A stretch of DNA of 33,216 nucleotides from a virus (Duplodnaviria; Caudoviricetes), in the IMG/VR virus record IMGVR_UViG_3300011335_000331, positions 1 to 33,216 of that record; one strand, given 5' to 3'. The notes under the pieces are model-generated. The model saw nothing but the letters and a program-made list of their open reading frames with translations. It ran no database searches and had not been told where the DNA came from. Positions 9,426-18,019 of this stretch are shown here, in pieces. Every line of letters begins with the position of its first letter. Positions within the stretch are counted from its first letter, which is position 1. The position numbers and the translations under genes were made by a program.

Positions 9426-11092
9426 TGGAATCTTTTAATTTCGGTGCATTTGACCCGACCATTGGGGCGCGGATCGCGGCTATCCCGCAAGAGGCGCAGA
9501 AACAACAGACCGCCAACATGCTGCAAGCCATGCAGATGCAGGGGGCTATGAATCAGAATGAGTTAGCTAGATATTCTTTGGCATCGGCGCAGAGGTCTGA
9601 CGCATCGCAAAACGCAGTCAATGCCGCGTTAAAAGGTTCTATTGTAGATGGAAAAATAAATTACGATTTATTGACATCTAATTTAGCTGGTGGCGCAGGG
9701 GCTTCTAAAATACCTGATTTTCTAAAAGCCAAAAGCGAAGAAGAAAAAAGAACTCAAGAGATAGAAAAAACAAAAGGCGACATAGCAAAACAAGCTAGAG
9801 AAGCGGTTGATTCAGAATTAACTTCATTTACTAAAAACGCATTTAAAGTTACTGACGTTCCCTCTCTTACAAATCATTTAAAAGCCTTTTATGAAAATCC
9901 ATTGCTTGGGAAAATAGCTTCAAAATTTAAACCATTTGACCAAGCATTGAATGACGATATTAAACAGATAAGCACCCCAGAAGGATTGCGGCAATGGCAA
10001 GCTGAAAACGCAAACCTTACTGGAAAAGAATTAACTGATTTGTTGTTGAAAGTAACAACAACCACTGCCAATTTGGGAGACGTAAGCAGAGAAACACAAA
10101 GGGGTGGAATGGGTCAGACAATAGGCGTTCCAGTTGATACGCCTATGGGAGTATCACCAAACACAACTGCAACAATAAACGCTGCCAGAAAAAACCATTT
10201 AGAAAATCTAGCCCAGCAGGGATGGACATTTGACACTGAGCGCGGCATTGCTGTTAATGCAAGGCAAGGCATATCACGGCCAATTTCTACGTTAATGGCC
10301 CCAGTTGGCGGCGGCTTTTCTGCTGCGCCTGCTGTTGGCGGTGCGCCTGCCCCAAGCATTGCTGCTCCTGGTGGCGGTGTTCCTGGGCAGCGTCAAGCAC
10401 CAGCGGGGCAACCCGTGGCAGGGCCAAATGTCTTGGGGCCAAAACCGGAAAAACCTATATGGAATTCTGAAGCGCAAGGGTTTATTTACCCACCGTCACA
10501 AGATAACCCGGCAGGTAAATTTGTACCCGTTCAAGGAATGGAAGGAAAATCACTTACCGAAGTGCAAGCAAAGTCTGCTTTGTTTGGTTCTGCTATGCAA
10601 CAAGCCAATACCGTAATTACAGAAATTGAAAAAAAAGGAACATTCACATCTGCAATTGTTCCAGGGTTGCTAGAAGGAATAGTAAAGTTAGCTCCGCTTG
10701 GTGTAGGTGATGCCGCAGCAAATGCAATTGAATCAGCTTTTAGAACAGATCCAACTGGGTTAATCGGCCCCAATGAAAATCAACAAAGATTAGCTCAAGC
10801 ACAATTAGGTTTTGCAATTGGTTATTTAAGATCTACATCTGGCGCAGCTTTTGGCGCACAAGAAGTTGCAAACACAATAAAAGAATATTTCCCGTTACAA
10901 GGAGAAAGCAAAATAGTTATTAAGCAAAAATCTGCATCAAGAGAGCGAGCAATTCAAGGAATGCGACTTGCCGCTGGAAAATCTGGTTCTGATTTTATAA
11001 ATAAATATGTGCCAAAAGTAAATACAGAAACATCGCCATCAAATTTATCTGAGCCACCTCCTGGTGCAGTAAGGCCGCGGGGGGATAGGTAA
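9425..11092 (+). CDS. DNA ejection protein (gp20 position, 555 aa)
   Basis: Coupled to the gp7-like gene; helical, Gln/Ala-rich N-terminus. Assigned by synteny. Confidence 0.6.
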   Translation: MESFNFGAFDPTIGARIAAIPQEAQKQQTANMLQAMQMQGAMNQNELARYSLASAQRSDASQNAVNAALKGSIVDGKINYDLLTSNLAGGAGASKIPDFLKAKSEEEKRTQEIEKTKGDIAKQAREAVDSELTSFTKNAFKVTDVPSLTNHLKAFYENPLLGKIASKFKPFDQALNDDIKQISTPEGLRQWQAENANLTGKELTDLLLKVTTTTANLGDVSRETQRGGMGQTIGVPVDTPMGVSPNTTATINAARKNHLENLAQQGWTFDTERGIAVNARQGISRPISTLMAPVGGGFSAAPAVGGAPAPSIAAPGGGVPGQRQAPAGQPVAGPNVLGPKPEKPIWNSEAQGFIYPPSQDNPAGKFVPVQGMEGKSLTEVQAKSALFGSAMQQANTVITEIEKKGTFTSAIVPGLLEGIVKLAPLGVGDAAANAIESAFRTDPTGLIGPNENQQRLAQAQLGFAIGYLRSTSGAAFGAQEVANTIKEYFPLQGESKIVIKQKSASRERAIQGMRLAAGKSGSDFINKYVPKVNTETSPSNLSEPPPGAVRPRGDR

Positions 11093-12927
11093 TGGCTACG
11101 AAACCCTACGAGGTGGACGTTGGTGGCGTAACGTATGACGTTGATGCCCCGGATGAAACAACCGCATGGCGCTGGGCTAACATAGAACACAACAAGCCGG
11201 AAAACAGAATACCGGGTGCAATTAAACAACCTACGCGGCCACAAACATCGTTTTTGCGCGGCGATCTAAGCAAGAGCGTATTGGGTAATATTGCTCAAGC
11301 GGGTTCTGATATTGGATCTCTAATGTCAGAGGTTCCCATTTCTTTGGCTACGGGTGTAGCCAGCGGAATAATTGCCCCCCTTACGTCATTTGCAACACGC
11401 GTATCTGGCGGCGATCAGTATCAGGCTGACAAAGCGTTTAAAGAAGCTCTGCAACGATACACATACCAGCCACGCAATGAAATGGCGCAGGAGGCGGTAT
11501 CTGCTATTGGGGAGACGTTAGCGCCGCTTGTTGGGGTGCCTTACCTAACATTAAACGCATTGGGAAGGGCAGCGCCACCGGCCATTAATGCGCTAATCGC
11601 AAGAGCAACAACCGCGATCCCAGAGGTAGCCAATATGTTGCGGCGACCGGCTGCTGACCAGATGGTTGGAATGGGGGCTGCGTCAACTGAATTGCCTTTA
11701 CAACGTCAAGCTATGGCTGAAGGGGCAAGAATACCTTTGAAACTGAGCAAAGGACAGCTAACGCGGAATTTAGAGCAACAGCAGTTTGAACATGAAACAG
11801 GCAAGACATATCCAAGTGCAGAAGGGAAGCCGTTATTGCTTCAACAGCAAAAAGTAAACGAAGATTTTTTGCGTAATTTTGACGCGTCAGCAGAAGCTAT
11901 GGGCGGTGAGATTTTTGGGGAAACACAACTTGTTCCGATTGGCAAAGTTGTAGATGCGCCGTTAGTAAGGCGGTTTAAAGAAGCAAAAGCGGAAGTAAAA
12001 AAGAAATATGATGCTGCTGACGCTGCTGGTGAAACGCAAGAACAAGTTAGCATAAATCCGTTAATTAAATATATTGCTGATCACGAAACAGAAATAGCCA
12101 CCAATAATGCGCCAGTTCTTGCTAATTTAAAAATGCAACTTTCAAAATTAGGTGCCGCAGATACTTTATCAATTTATGATTTGGAACAATTAAGAAAAAG
12201 CGCAAATAAAATATCATTTCCGGGTAGTGGCGTAAATGAAGTTTACATGGGCGAACTTCGACCATTGTTTGAAGGAATTACAGAGGGTAAAGGCGGTGAT
12301 CTTTACAAAGCTGCTCGGGCAGAAAACACTAAATTTGCAAATGAATTTAAAGATCATGCAATAATTTCTAAGTTGTTGCGGAACAAACCAGGCACAAAAG
12401 ACCGCGCTGTTGCTTTTGAGGATATTTACAAACACGTTGTTCATACGGGCAGTCTTGACGATTTACAACTTGTTAAAAACACTCTTTTGAAAGCCGGTGA
12501 TGAAGGCGAATTTGCGTGGAATCAAATTCGCGCTCAAGCCGCTGATGAATTAAAACAACGGGCAATGTCCAACATCAGCAAAGATGCTGCTGGCAACCCA
12601 ATACCTAACGCAAAAGCGTTGAGGACTGCAACAGCACAATTAGATCGTGATGGAAAGCTAGATTTATTGTTTGGCAAAGACGAAGCAAAACGAATTAGAG
12701 AGCTTGTGCAACTTGGCGGCGACATTTACTCGCCAGTTCCTGGAACGATTAGCCCAGGCACCGCCAGTGTGTTGATTAGATCGTTGGATGCCATAGCAAA
12801 AAATGCTGTGATTAGCAGGATTCCTGTCGTGCGCTCTGTTGCAAGTGGTGCCGCAGAGATGGCGGCAAAAAAGGCTAGGGAAAAAAGAGTGAGTGAAGCC
12901 GTTAATTACAATGCGTTGATTCCATAA
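11092..12927 (+). CDS. DNA ejection protein (gp16 position, 611 aa)
   Basis: Third coupled large helical protein; N-terminal YEVDVGGVTYDVDAPD module. Assigned by synteny. Confidence 0.6.
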   Translation: MATKPYEVDVGGVTYDVDAPDETTAWRWANIEHNKPENRIPGAIKQPTRPQTSFLRGDLSKSVLGNIAQAGSDIGSLMSEVPISLATGVASGIIAPLTSFATRVSGGDQYQADKAFKEALQRYTYQPRNEMAQEAVSAIGETLAPLVGVPYLTLNALGRAAPPAINALIARATTAIPEVANMLRRPAADQMVGMGAASTELPLQRQAMAEGARIPLKLSKGQLTRNLEQQQFEHETGKTYPSAEGKPLLLQQQKVNEDFLRNFDASAEAMGGEIFGETQLVPIGKVVDAPLVRRFKEAKAEVKKKYDAADAAGETQEQVSINPLIKYIADHETEIATNNAPVLANLKMQLSKLGAADTLSIYDLEQLRKSANKISFPGSGVNEVYMGELRPLFEGITEGKGGDLYKAARAENTKFANEFKDHAIISKLLRNKPGTKDRAVAFEDIYKHVVHTGSLDDLQLVKNTLLKAGDEGEFAWNQIRAQAADELKQRAMSNISKDAAGNPIPNAKALRTATAQLDRDGKLDLLFGKDEAKRIRELVQLGGDIYSPVPGTISPGTASVLIRSLDAIAKNAVISRIPVVRSVASGAAEMAAKKAREKRVSEAVNYNALIP

Positions 12928-13091
12928 TGGCAACCTCTACCGAACTCGACGTTCGCCTGACCTCGCACGAAGCGGTGTGCGAGCTGCGCTACGACACCAT
13001 CAACGCCAGGTTAAAACGCATTGAAATGATAGGCATTACTGCGGCGGGTGCCATTATTATGTTGCTGCTAAATTTAGTTATGAAAGGCTGA
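12927..13091 (+). CDS. Small single-TM membrane protein of the lysis region (54 aa; not in ORF track)
   Basis: MATSTELDVRLTSHEAVCELRYDTINARLKRIEMIGITAAGAIIMLLLNLVMKG*: coiled coil plus C-terminal hydrophobic helix; TAATG coupling to the upstream gene. Confidence 0.75.
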   Translation: MATSTELDVRLTSHEAVCELRYDTINARLKRIEMIGITAAGAIIMLLLNLVMKG

Positions 13092-13093
13092 CC

Positions 13094-13630
13094 ATGAAAA
13101 CGCTATTGCTGCTGGCCCTGCTATCCACCAACGCGCTCGCCGGTGGCGTCAATTTGATGATGTGCAATGGCGAGTTTGCTTTGTGTGCAGCCTCGGCCAG
13201 CGTGCCGACCGGCAAAACAATCAGAGTAGATGGAAAAGAGTTTCAAGAGGGCATGGCGGTTTGCCCGGTGTTGACCGGCAAATCCATTGCTAATGCGGAT
13301 CTGATGAAGAACAACTGCAAGGCGCCGGCTGGCAAAGTCTGGTCACTGTTCTCGACCATCACCGAGTATCCCCAGGCGCCAAGCTGGGCGGTCGTCACGA
13401 TGACGCCCAGGACGTTCGTCACCACGACCGCAGCCGGTGGCGGGATGAGCAATCAATGGTCATTCCTGTGCGATAAACAGGCTAAGAAGGTCAACGGTGT
13501 GCAGCTCGCCAATTGCTACGGGCCGATCAATGAAAGCCCGTGGAATAACGGCCATGTGCCGCCGGGCAGTTCGTCGTTCACGGCTGCACCCGTGGGTGCT
13601 GCAAATCCTGTCGGTGGTAATGTGCCGTGA
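13094..13630 (+). CDS. Secreted Cys-rich protein of unknown function (178 aa)
   Basis: Signal peptide MKTLLLLALLSTNALA|G and six Cys in the mature part; tightly packed between lysis genes. Confidence 0.75.
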   Translation: MKTLLLLALLSTNALAGGVNLMMCNGEFALCAASASVPTGKTIRVDGKEFQEGMAVCPVLTGKSIANADLMKNNCKAPAGKVWSLFSTITEYPQAPSWAVVTMTPRTFVTTTAAGGGMSNQWSFLCDKQAKKVNGVQLANCYGPINESPWNNGHVPPGSSSFTAAPVGAANPVGGNVP

Positions 13631-14058
13631 ACCCGTTACTGCTTTCCGGCCTGTTTGACCTCGGCAAAGGTCTGATTGACCGGGTGCTCCCCGATCCCGC
13701 GGCTAAAGCGGCGGCGCAGCTTGAACTGCTAAAAATGCAGCAAGCCGGTGATCTGGCGCAGCTCGCTGCCGACACCGATCTGGCAAAACTGCAAATCCAG
13801 ACCAACCTCGCAGAGGCCGCAGGCAACTGGTTTACCGCTGGCTGGCGACCGTTCATTGGCTGGATCTGCGGCGTTTCGTTGTGTTACGTGGCGATCCTCG
13901 AGCCAGTGGCGCGGTTTGTTGCCCAGGTCTGGTTTGCCTACACTGGTGCTTTCCCGACGATTGACACGCAGCTCACGATGCAGGTGCTGCTCGGGATGCT
14001 CGGGCTGGGGGCAATGCGGTCGGCTGAAAAAATCAAAGGCGCGGAGAACAACCGATGA
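13627..14058 (+). CDS. Holin, 3TM (GTA-type) family
   Basis: GKGLIDRVLPDP...AGWRPFIGWICG...LLGMLGLGAMRSAEK signature; GTG start overlapping the upstream stop. Confidence 0.85.
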   Translation: MNPLLLSGLFDLGKGLIDRVLPDPAAKAAAQLELLKMQQAGDLAQLAADTDLAKLQIQTNLAEAAGNWFTAGWRPFIGWICGVSLCYVAILEPVARFVAQVWFAYTGAFPTIDTQLTMQVLLGMLGLGAMRSAEKIKGAENNR

Positions 14059-14285
14059 AAGAAAAGCTCACTTTTGTAGTAACAACAATGGTTAGTTTTA
14101 CGCTCTGCATCGTCATTGTCGGGATGGTGTTTGCTTTGTGCTTTGGGTTGTTCGACAAAGAAGTGAACAACGAGGACATTTTTAAACTGTTAGCACCAGC
14201 GTTTCAGACCATTATCGGTGGGTTTATCGGACTGCTGGCGGGTATAAAATTCTCAAACTCAAGCGAGGGTAACGATGTTAAGTAA
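14055..14285 (+). CDS. Small two-TM membrane protein (possible holin/antiholin accessory)
   Basis: Two hydrophobic helices (LTFVV...FGLF and LLAPAFQTIIGGFIGLLAG); between holin and endolysin. Confidence 0.65.
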   Translation: MKEKLTFVVTTMVSFTLCIVIVGMVFALCFGLFDKEVNNEDIFKLLAPAFQTIIGGFIGLLAGIKFSNSSEGNDVK

Positions 14286-14787
14286 TTGGCCTGCGTCACT
14301 GGCGCTGGTGTTGAAGTCCGAGGGAAATTTCGTAAATCATAGAAATGATCCCGGCGGCATGACTAACCTCGGCGTGACGCGCAATGTGTGGAAGGAATGG
14401 GTGAAGCATGAAGTTGACGAAGCCGAAATGCGCTCGCTGACGCCCGAGCTGGTGACGCCGCTATACAAAGCGCGGTATTGGGATGCCTGCAAGTGTAGCG
14501 ACCTGCCCCGAGGCGTGGACTACGCGGTGTTTGATAGCGCCGTAAACATGGGGCCAGGACGTGCGGCAAAGCTGCTACAGGCGGCGCTGGGCGTAACCGC
14601 TGATGGCGCTATCGGCAGGGCCACGATCGCTGCTGCGACCGCTGCCGATCCCGTCGAGCTGCTGGAAGCCTTCAGCCTGGGCAAAGAGGCGTTTTACCAA
14701 TCCCTGCCGACTTTTGCGACGTTCGGCAAGGGGTGGTTAAATCGCGTGGCGCACGTTCAGGATGCGGCAGAGCAGATGATGGGGTAA
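14275..14787 (+). CDS. Endolysin, glycoside hydrolase family 108 with C-terminal peptidoglycan-binding region
   Basis: SEGNFVNHRNDPGGMTNLGVT, FDSAVNMGP, LQAALGVTADGAIG and FGKGWLNRV motifs. Confidence 0.92.
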   Translation: MLSNWPASLALVLKSEGNFVNHRNDPGGMTNLGVTRNVWKEWVKHEVDEAEMRSLTPELVTPLYKARYWDACKCSDLPRGVDYAVFDSAVNMGPGRAAKLLQAALGVTADGAIGRATIAAATAADPVELLEAFSLGKEAFYQSLPTFATFGKGWLNRVAHVQDAAEQMMG

Positions 14788-14914
14788 TTGCAAGCGCGGC
14801 ACGCAAGCCAGCAACGGCTGCGTTCCATTCCCGTTTAGAACCGTCCGATAATTCTGCGGCAATCATGGCTTTATATGCCGCAAGCGCGGCCTCTCTCAGT
14901 TTGTCGCTCATCAT
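14672..14914 (-). CDS. Hypothetical protein, last gene of leftward operon; 3' end runs antisense into the endolysin
   Basis: Coupled to the upstream gene by an overlap at 14911-14914. The first ~42 aa look like a helical phage protein; the remainder is antisense run-on. Confidence 0.5.
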   Translation of the reverse strand: MMSDKLREAALAAYKAMIAAELSDGSKREWNAAVAGLRAALAITPSSALPHPERAPRDLTTPCRTSQKSAGIGKTPLCPG

Positions 14915-15627
14915 TCACCCTCCCATTTTTCAATAAATTTATAATCGTGGAATACTGCGCCAAGCTCTACGCTGCCCACCTTGCATGATTTAACCCACAC
15001 GTTTTTACCATTACGCAAATGTCTTAAATGACCGCGCCGGTCATGCAATCGCGGTGATGCGTGTGTGCCGCCTTTACTTTCTTTTTTATTTGATTTTGCA
15101 CCAATCAAAACGGTGCGCCAATCATACGTCGGCATTTTTCCTTGCGCTATTTTTCGTCGGTTTGTAAACGTGTTCTTGATTTCTGGTTTATATGTTTCGC
15201 ACTCATTTTCAAGTGCGCGATACCAACATCCGACCATAGCCAACATTAATTCAGCCACTCCTTTTTCAATTGTTTCTTTATCGTCAAGGCCGCCATATCT
15301 AATTTGATCTGCATCTACCAGATAGATCATGGAAGGCATACGAATTGGCTTTTTACCTACTGGCCCTTTCCACATTGATACAATAATGCCTTCTTCTGGA
15401 TCGGTTCCGGCGACGATCATCATCATTTCGTAATCAAAATGATTTCTTGTCGGCCCTTTCCATACAACCACATTTTTTTCAAAAGGCGGTCGATACGTCA
15501 TTAATGGCTCAAGGTCTGCCTTCGCATCTTTTTGCCATGATTTTGATATATCAAACCATTGCAAATCAACGGGATCAACGCCGCCCTCAAACATTAATTG
15601 CATCGTTGATTTAATTAAAGGCGTCAT
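14911..15627 (-). CDS. Hypothetical phage protein with C-terminal SPRxHxRRGH motif (238 aa)
   Basis: GGTHASPRLHDRRGHLRHLRNGKNVWVKSCKVG, a recurrent motif in uncharacterised phage proteins. Confidence 0.75.
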   Translation of the reverse strand: MTPLIKSTMQLMFEGGVDPVDLQWFDISKSWQKDAKADLEPLMTYRPPFEKNVVVWKGPTRNHFDYEMMMIVAGTDPEEGIIVSMWKGPVGKKPIRMPSMIYLVDADQIRYGGLDDKETIEKGVAELMLAMVGCWYRALENECETYKPEIKNTFTNRRKIAQGKMPTYDWRTVLIGAKSNKKESKGGTHASPRLHDRRGHLRHLRNGKNVWVKSCKVGSVELGAVFHDYKFIEKWEGE

Positions 15628-15877
15628 TATTTAGCCTCCGATACCTCTCAGCATCCTTACGCAGCGCCACAATTATTTCAACGTAGTCACTTTTAAGCCC
15701 GTCAAGGGCTTGCTCAACTGCATAAGCAAATTTTCTCCTGTCGTTAAGTTCCTCTTTTGCCTCGGCAAGTTCGCACTCAAGTTCAGTAATTCGCTCAAGC
15801 GCGTTGCGACCCAACTGCGCCAGCCCTTGCGCCCCGGGCTGATCTTTAAGCACAGACAGCGGAACTGTGTCGCTCAT
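15611..15877 (-). CDS. Hypothetical coiled-coil protein (88 aa)
   Basis: RITELECELAEAKEEL...ALRKDAERYR; coupled within the leftward operon. Confidence 0.7.
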   Translation of the reverse strand: MSDTVPLSVLKDQPGAQGLAQLGRNALERITELECELAEAKEELNDRRKFAYAVEQALDGLKSDYVEIIVALRKDAERYRRLNNDAFN

Positions 15878-15981
15878 CGCATCACCAGCACTGTGGCAAT
15901 AATCACCAGCACGACAACCACAAGGCCGATCCTGCCGCAGTCGGCAAAGCCTTCTGAGTATCCCTCATCCCATTCATCCAT
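15874..15981 (-). CDS. Membrane mini-protein (35 aa; not in ORF track)
   Basis: MDEWDEGYSEGFADCGRIGLVVVVLVIIATVLVMR*; strong RBS ggagga; ATGA overlap with the next gene. Confidence 0.7.
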   Translation of the reverse strand: MDEWDEGYSEGFADCGRIGLVVVVLVIIATVLVMR

Positions 15982-16129
15982 AAATCCTCCGATCTTTAAT
16001 TGTTAAGAACGATACACTTTTGCGCTCAAGGCACGACTTGCACTTCCAGATGCGGCGGGTGCCTTTGGTAATCTTGACTAGCTTGTAACCGGCCTCGCGG
16101 CGGCAGGATTGGCAGACGGGGGCGATCAT
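15974..16129 (-). CDS. Zinc-ribbon mini-protein (51 aa; not in ORF track)
   Basis: MIAPVCQSCRREAGYKLVKITKGTRRIWKCKSCLERKSVSFLTIKDRRIYG*; two CxxC pairs; overlaps both neighbours. Confidence 0.7.
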   Translation of the reverse strand: MIAPVCQSCRREAGYKLVKITKGTRRIWKCKSCLERKSVSFLTIKDRRIYG

Positions 16130-16296
16130 TTCCGCACCTGCTTGATGGTTGGCACTCCCTGCACTTGCTGGCGGTAACGCCGGATCGTGGCGGCAACATC
16201 GGTTTTTGCCACATTGGTTGGAATAAATGGGAACTCAATAATGTAGATTTTGCGCTCGCGTAAATAGGCTATGGCGGCTTGCAGTTTGTCATTCAT
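16126..16296 (-). CDS. Hypothetical protein (56 aa; not in ORF track)
   Basis: MNDKLQAAIAYLRERKIYIIEFPFIPTNVAKTDVAATIRRYRQQVQGVPTIKQVRK*; ATGA overlaps at both ends; RBS gagga. Confidence 0.7.
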   Translation of the reverse strand: MNDKLQAAIAYLRERKIYIIEFPFIPTNVAKTDVAATIRRYRQQVQGVPTIKQVRK

Positions 16297-16556
16297 GATT
16301 TCCTCTCATTCCAGCGTTTGATGGCAACCTCAAGGGGTTGATCTAGGTCGGCGTGGGGGCCGATCATCTGGCATTCCTCACAGCAGATGGCGATCACGTT
16401 AGGTTTCACTTCGTCGACCATGACATCGTCGTTGCCACAAAACGGGCAGGGCAAGATGACAATCTGGCGTTTCTGGCGCTGCTCGCGGGCTGTTTCCCAG
16501 CGGTCCAGATCCTGTGAGAATTGGCGTTCTTCCTGGTCAAAGGCGTTTCTGCTCAT
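16293..16556 (-). CDS. lar: Lar-family restriction alleviation protein
   Basis: LPCPFCG...CEEC..IGP......AIKRWNER matches the Lar family pattern. Confidence 0.75.
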   Translation of the reverse strand: MSRNAFDQEERQFSQDLDRWETAREQRQKRQIVILPCPFCGNDDVMVDEVKPNVIAICCEECQMIGPHADLDQPLEVAIKRWNERKS

Positions 16557-16565
16557 TTTGCCTCC

Positions 16566-16814
16566 TCAAAAGGGGATGTCATCATCAATGTCGGCAACGG
16601 CTTTTTCTGCCTGCTCGCGGGTTTTAGGCTCTTTTTTGGTAAATGACATGCTCTGCCATTTGTTGCCGTTTTTGTCGGTTTTAGTCCAGGCTGACAGCCA
16701 GTATTCAACTCCGTCAATTAGGGCGCTGCCGGTCATGTTTGGGTGCTGGTCGGTCAATTTCTTTTGATTCTTGAACATCGACCCAGTCAGTTCTTTTTGC
16801 ACAAGATCAGCCAT
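16566..16814 (-). CDS. Small single-stranded DNA-binding-like protein (82 aa)
   Basis: GSMFKN...HPNMTGSALIDGVEYWLSAW core, acidic C-terminal DIDDDIPF SSB tail, and position next to exonuclease and ERF genes. Confidence 0.7.
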   Translation of the reverse strand: MADLVQKELTGSMFKNQKKLTDQHPNMTGSALIDGVEYWLSAWTKTDKNGNKWQSMSFTKKEPKTREQAEKAVADIDDDIPF

Positions 16815-17431
16815 TATTTAATCCCCTTGAGTTTTTTAATCATTTCATCGACGGTCACTAGAAAAGCATTAACCGCGGTTTCCAACTTCTCTATTTCTTT
16901 ATCATCCCGCTTAAACCGGACAATCATCAGTTGCAGGTTCTCAGGAAGGTCAGGCCGAAAACTGACGAAATCGCACCAATCCCTACCTGTGCAGGCCATT
17001 TGCCACATCATTTGGTTTTTGTAACCTGCCGGAACAACCCCGGCAATTAAATTAGCCAGATGCGTGGCAACTTTCGGGCATTTAATCTCCACCAGCCCTG
17101 AATTGCCCACCAGACCGTCTGGCGAGGCTCCTGCGCGATCTATGGTCGGATGGATGCACAACCCCACCTCATCGACCGAAAACCCTGTCTCTGCCTCATA
17201 CGCGCTTCTGGCGAGGGGCTCCGTTTCTGTGCCGAATTGCATGTGCTCGTTTGTAAAACTGGAGCCCTGCGGCTTGCCGGTCAAGATTTCAGCAACGAGC
17301 TGCGCCTGGTAATCTCGAAAACCCGCGGTTTCGGGTTTCATCAGGACCGCAGAAATCATGCTGGCTGTAACCCGACCGGCACGACTTGCAAGCCATTCCG
17401 GGCTCCCCTGGACTGCATCAATGACTTTCAT
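16814..17431 (-). CDS. YqaJ / lambda-exonuclease family 5'-3' exonuclease
   Basis: QGSPEWLASRAGRVTAS, G...EPLAR..YE, GASPDGLV, EIKCP and QMMWQMACTGRDWCDFVSF motifs. Confidence 0.93.
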   Translation of the reverse strand: MKVIDAVQGSPEWLASRAGRVTASMISAVLMKPETAGFRDYQAQLVAEILTGKPQGSSFTNEHMQFGTETEPLARSAYEAETGFSVDEVGLCIHPTIDRAGASPDGLVGNSGLVEIKCPKVATHLANLIAGVVPAGYKNQMMWQMACTGRDWCDFVSFRPDLPENLQLMIVRFKRDDKEIEKLETAVNAFLVTVDEMIKKLKGIK

Positions 17432-18009
17432 ACTGCCGCCAGTGCGGTTTTGCGCTTGTTCTTGGCGTTGGTAAGGGTTGCCATTGCCATCGTGTCATTC
17501 TCGGCCTGTGCCGCTTTGAAGCCGATTTTAAATGCTACTTGCAGGTCATCCAGTGTGGCGGCATCTTGCAATGCCAGCAGGTAATTGGTGCAATCCATCG
17601 ACGGTTTAGGTTTGGCAGACACCGCGGCGTTGCCATCGTCATCTTCGGGTGCCACTCCGACCGCTGCCGAAAGGCTGTAACGGCGAGCGTAAGTTAAGGC
17701 AGATCCGTATCCCTGGGCATCAACCTTGCTGACTGGCAAAGACAAAACCCCGCAGGAGATCCATTCACCAGAACTGTGCAACAAGGTTGTTTCTACCCTC
17801 ACCTCGTCTTTGTCTGAAGGCTCCACCGTCTGAATGTAGGACAAGCCGTTGGCACTGAACGCGGCTCGGATGGCTTCAACCACCGAGGCCAAATCCGCAT
17901 ACTTGCTTTTAAAAAACGGGTTGGCAGAGTCTTTAATCGCGCCTTTCATTTGCCCTTGCGCCTTTGCCAGTGCTGCCGCCAGCCCTGCTACTGATTCTGA
18001 TTTGTTCAT
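17428..18009 (-). CDS. erf: ERF-family single-strand annealing protein
   Basis: KDSANPFFKSKYADL, LLHSSGEWI and QGYGSALTYARRYSL...EDDDG ERF signature. Confidence 0.93.
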   Translation of the reverse strand: MNKSESVAGLAAALAKAQGQMKGAIKDSANPFFKSKYADLASVVEAIRAAFSANGLSYIQTVEPSDKDEVRVETTLLHSSGEWISCGVLSLPVSKVDAQGYGSALTYARRYSLSAAVGVAPEDDDGNAAVSAKPKPSMDCTNYLLALQDAATLDDLQVAFKIGFKAAQAENDTMAMATLTNAKNKRKTALAAV

Positions 18010-18019
18010 GATGCCTCCG

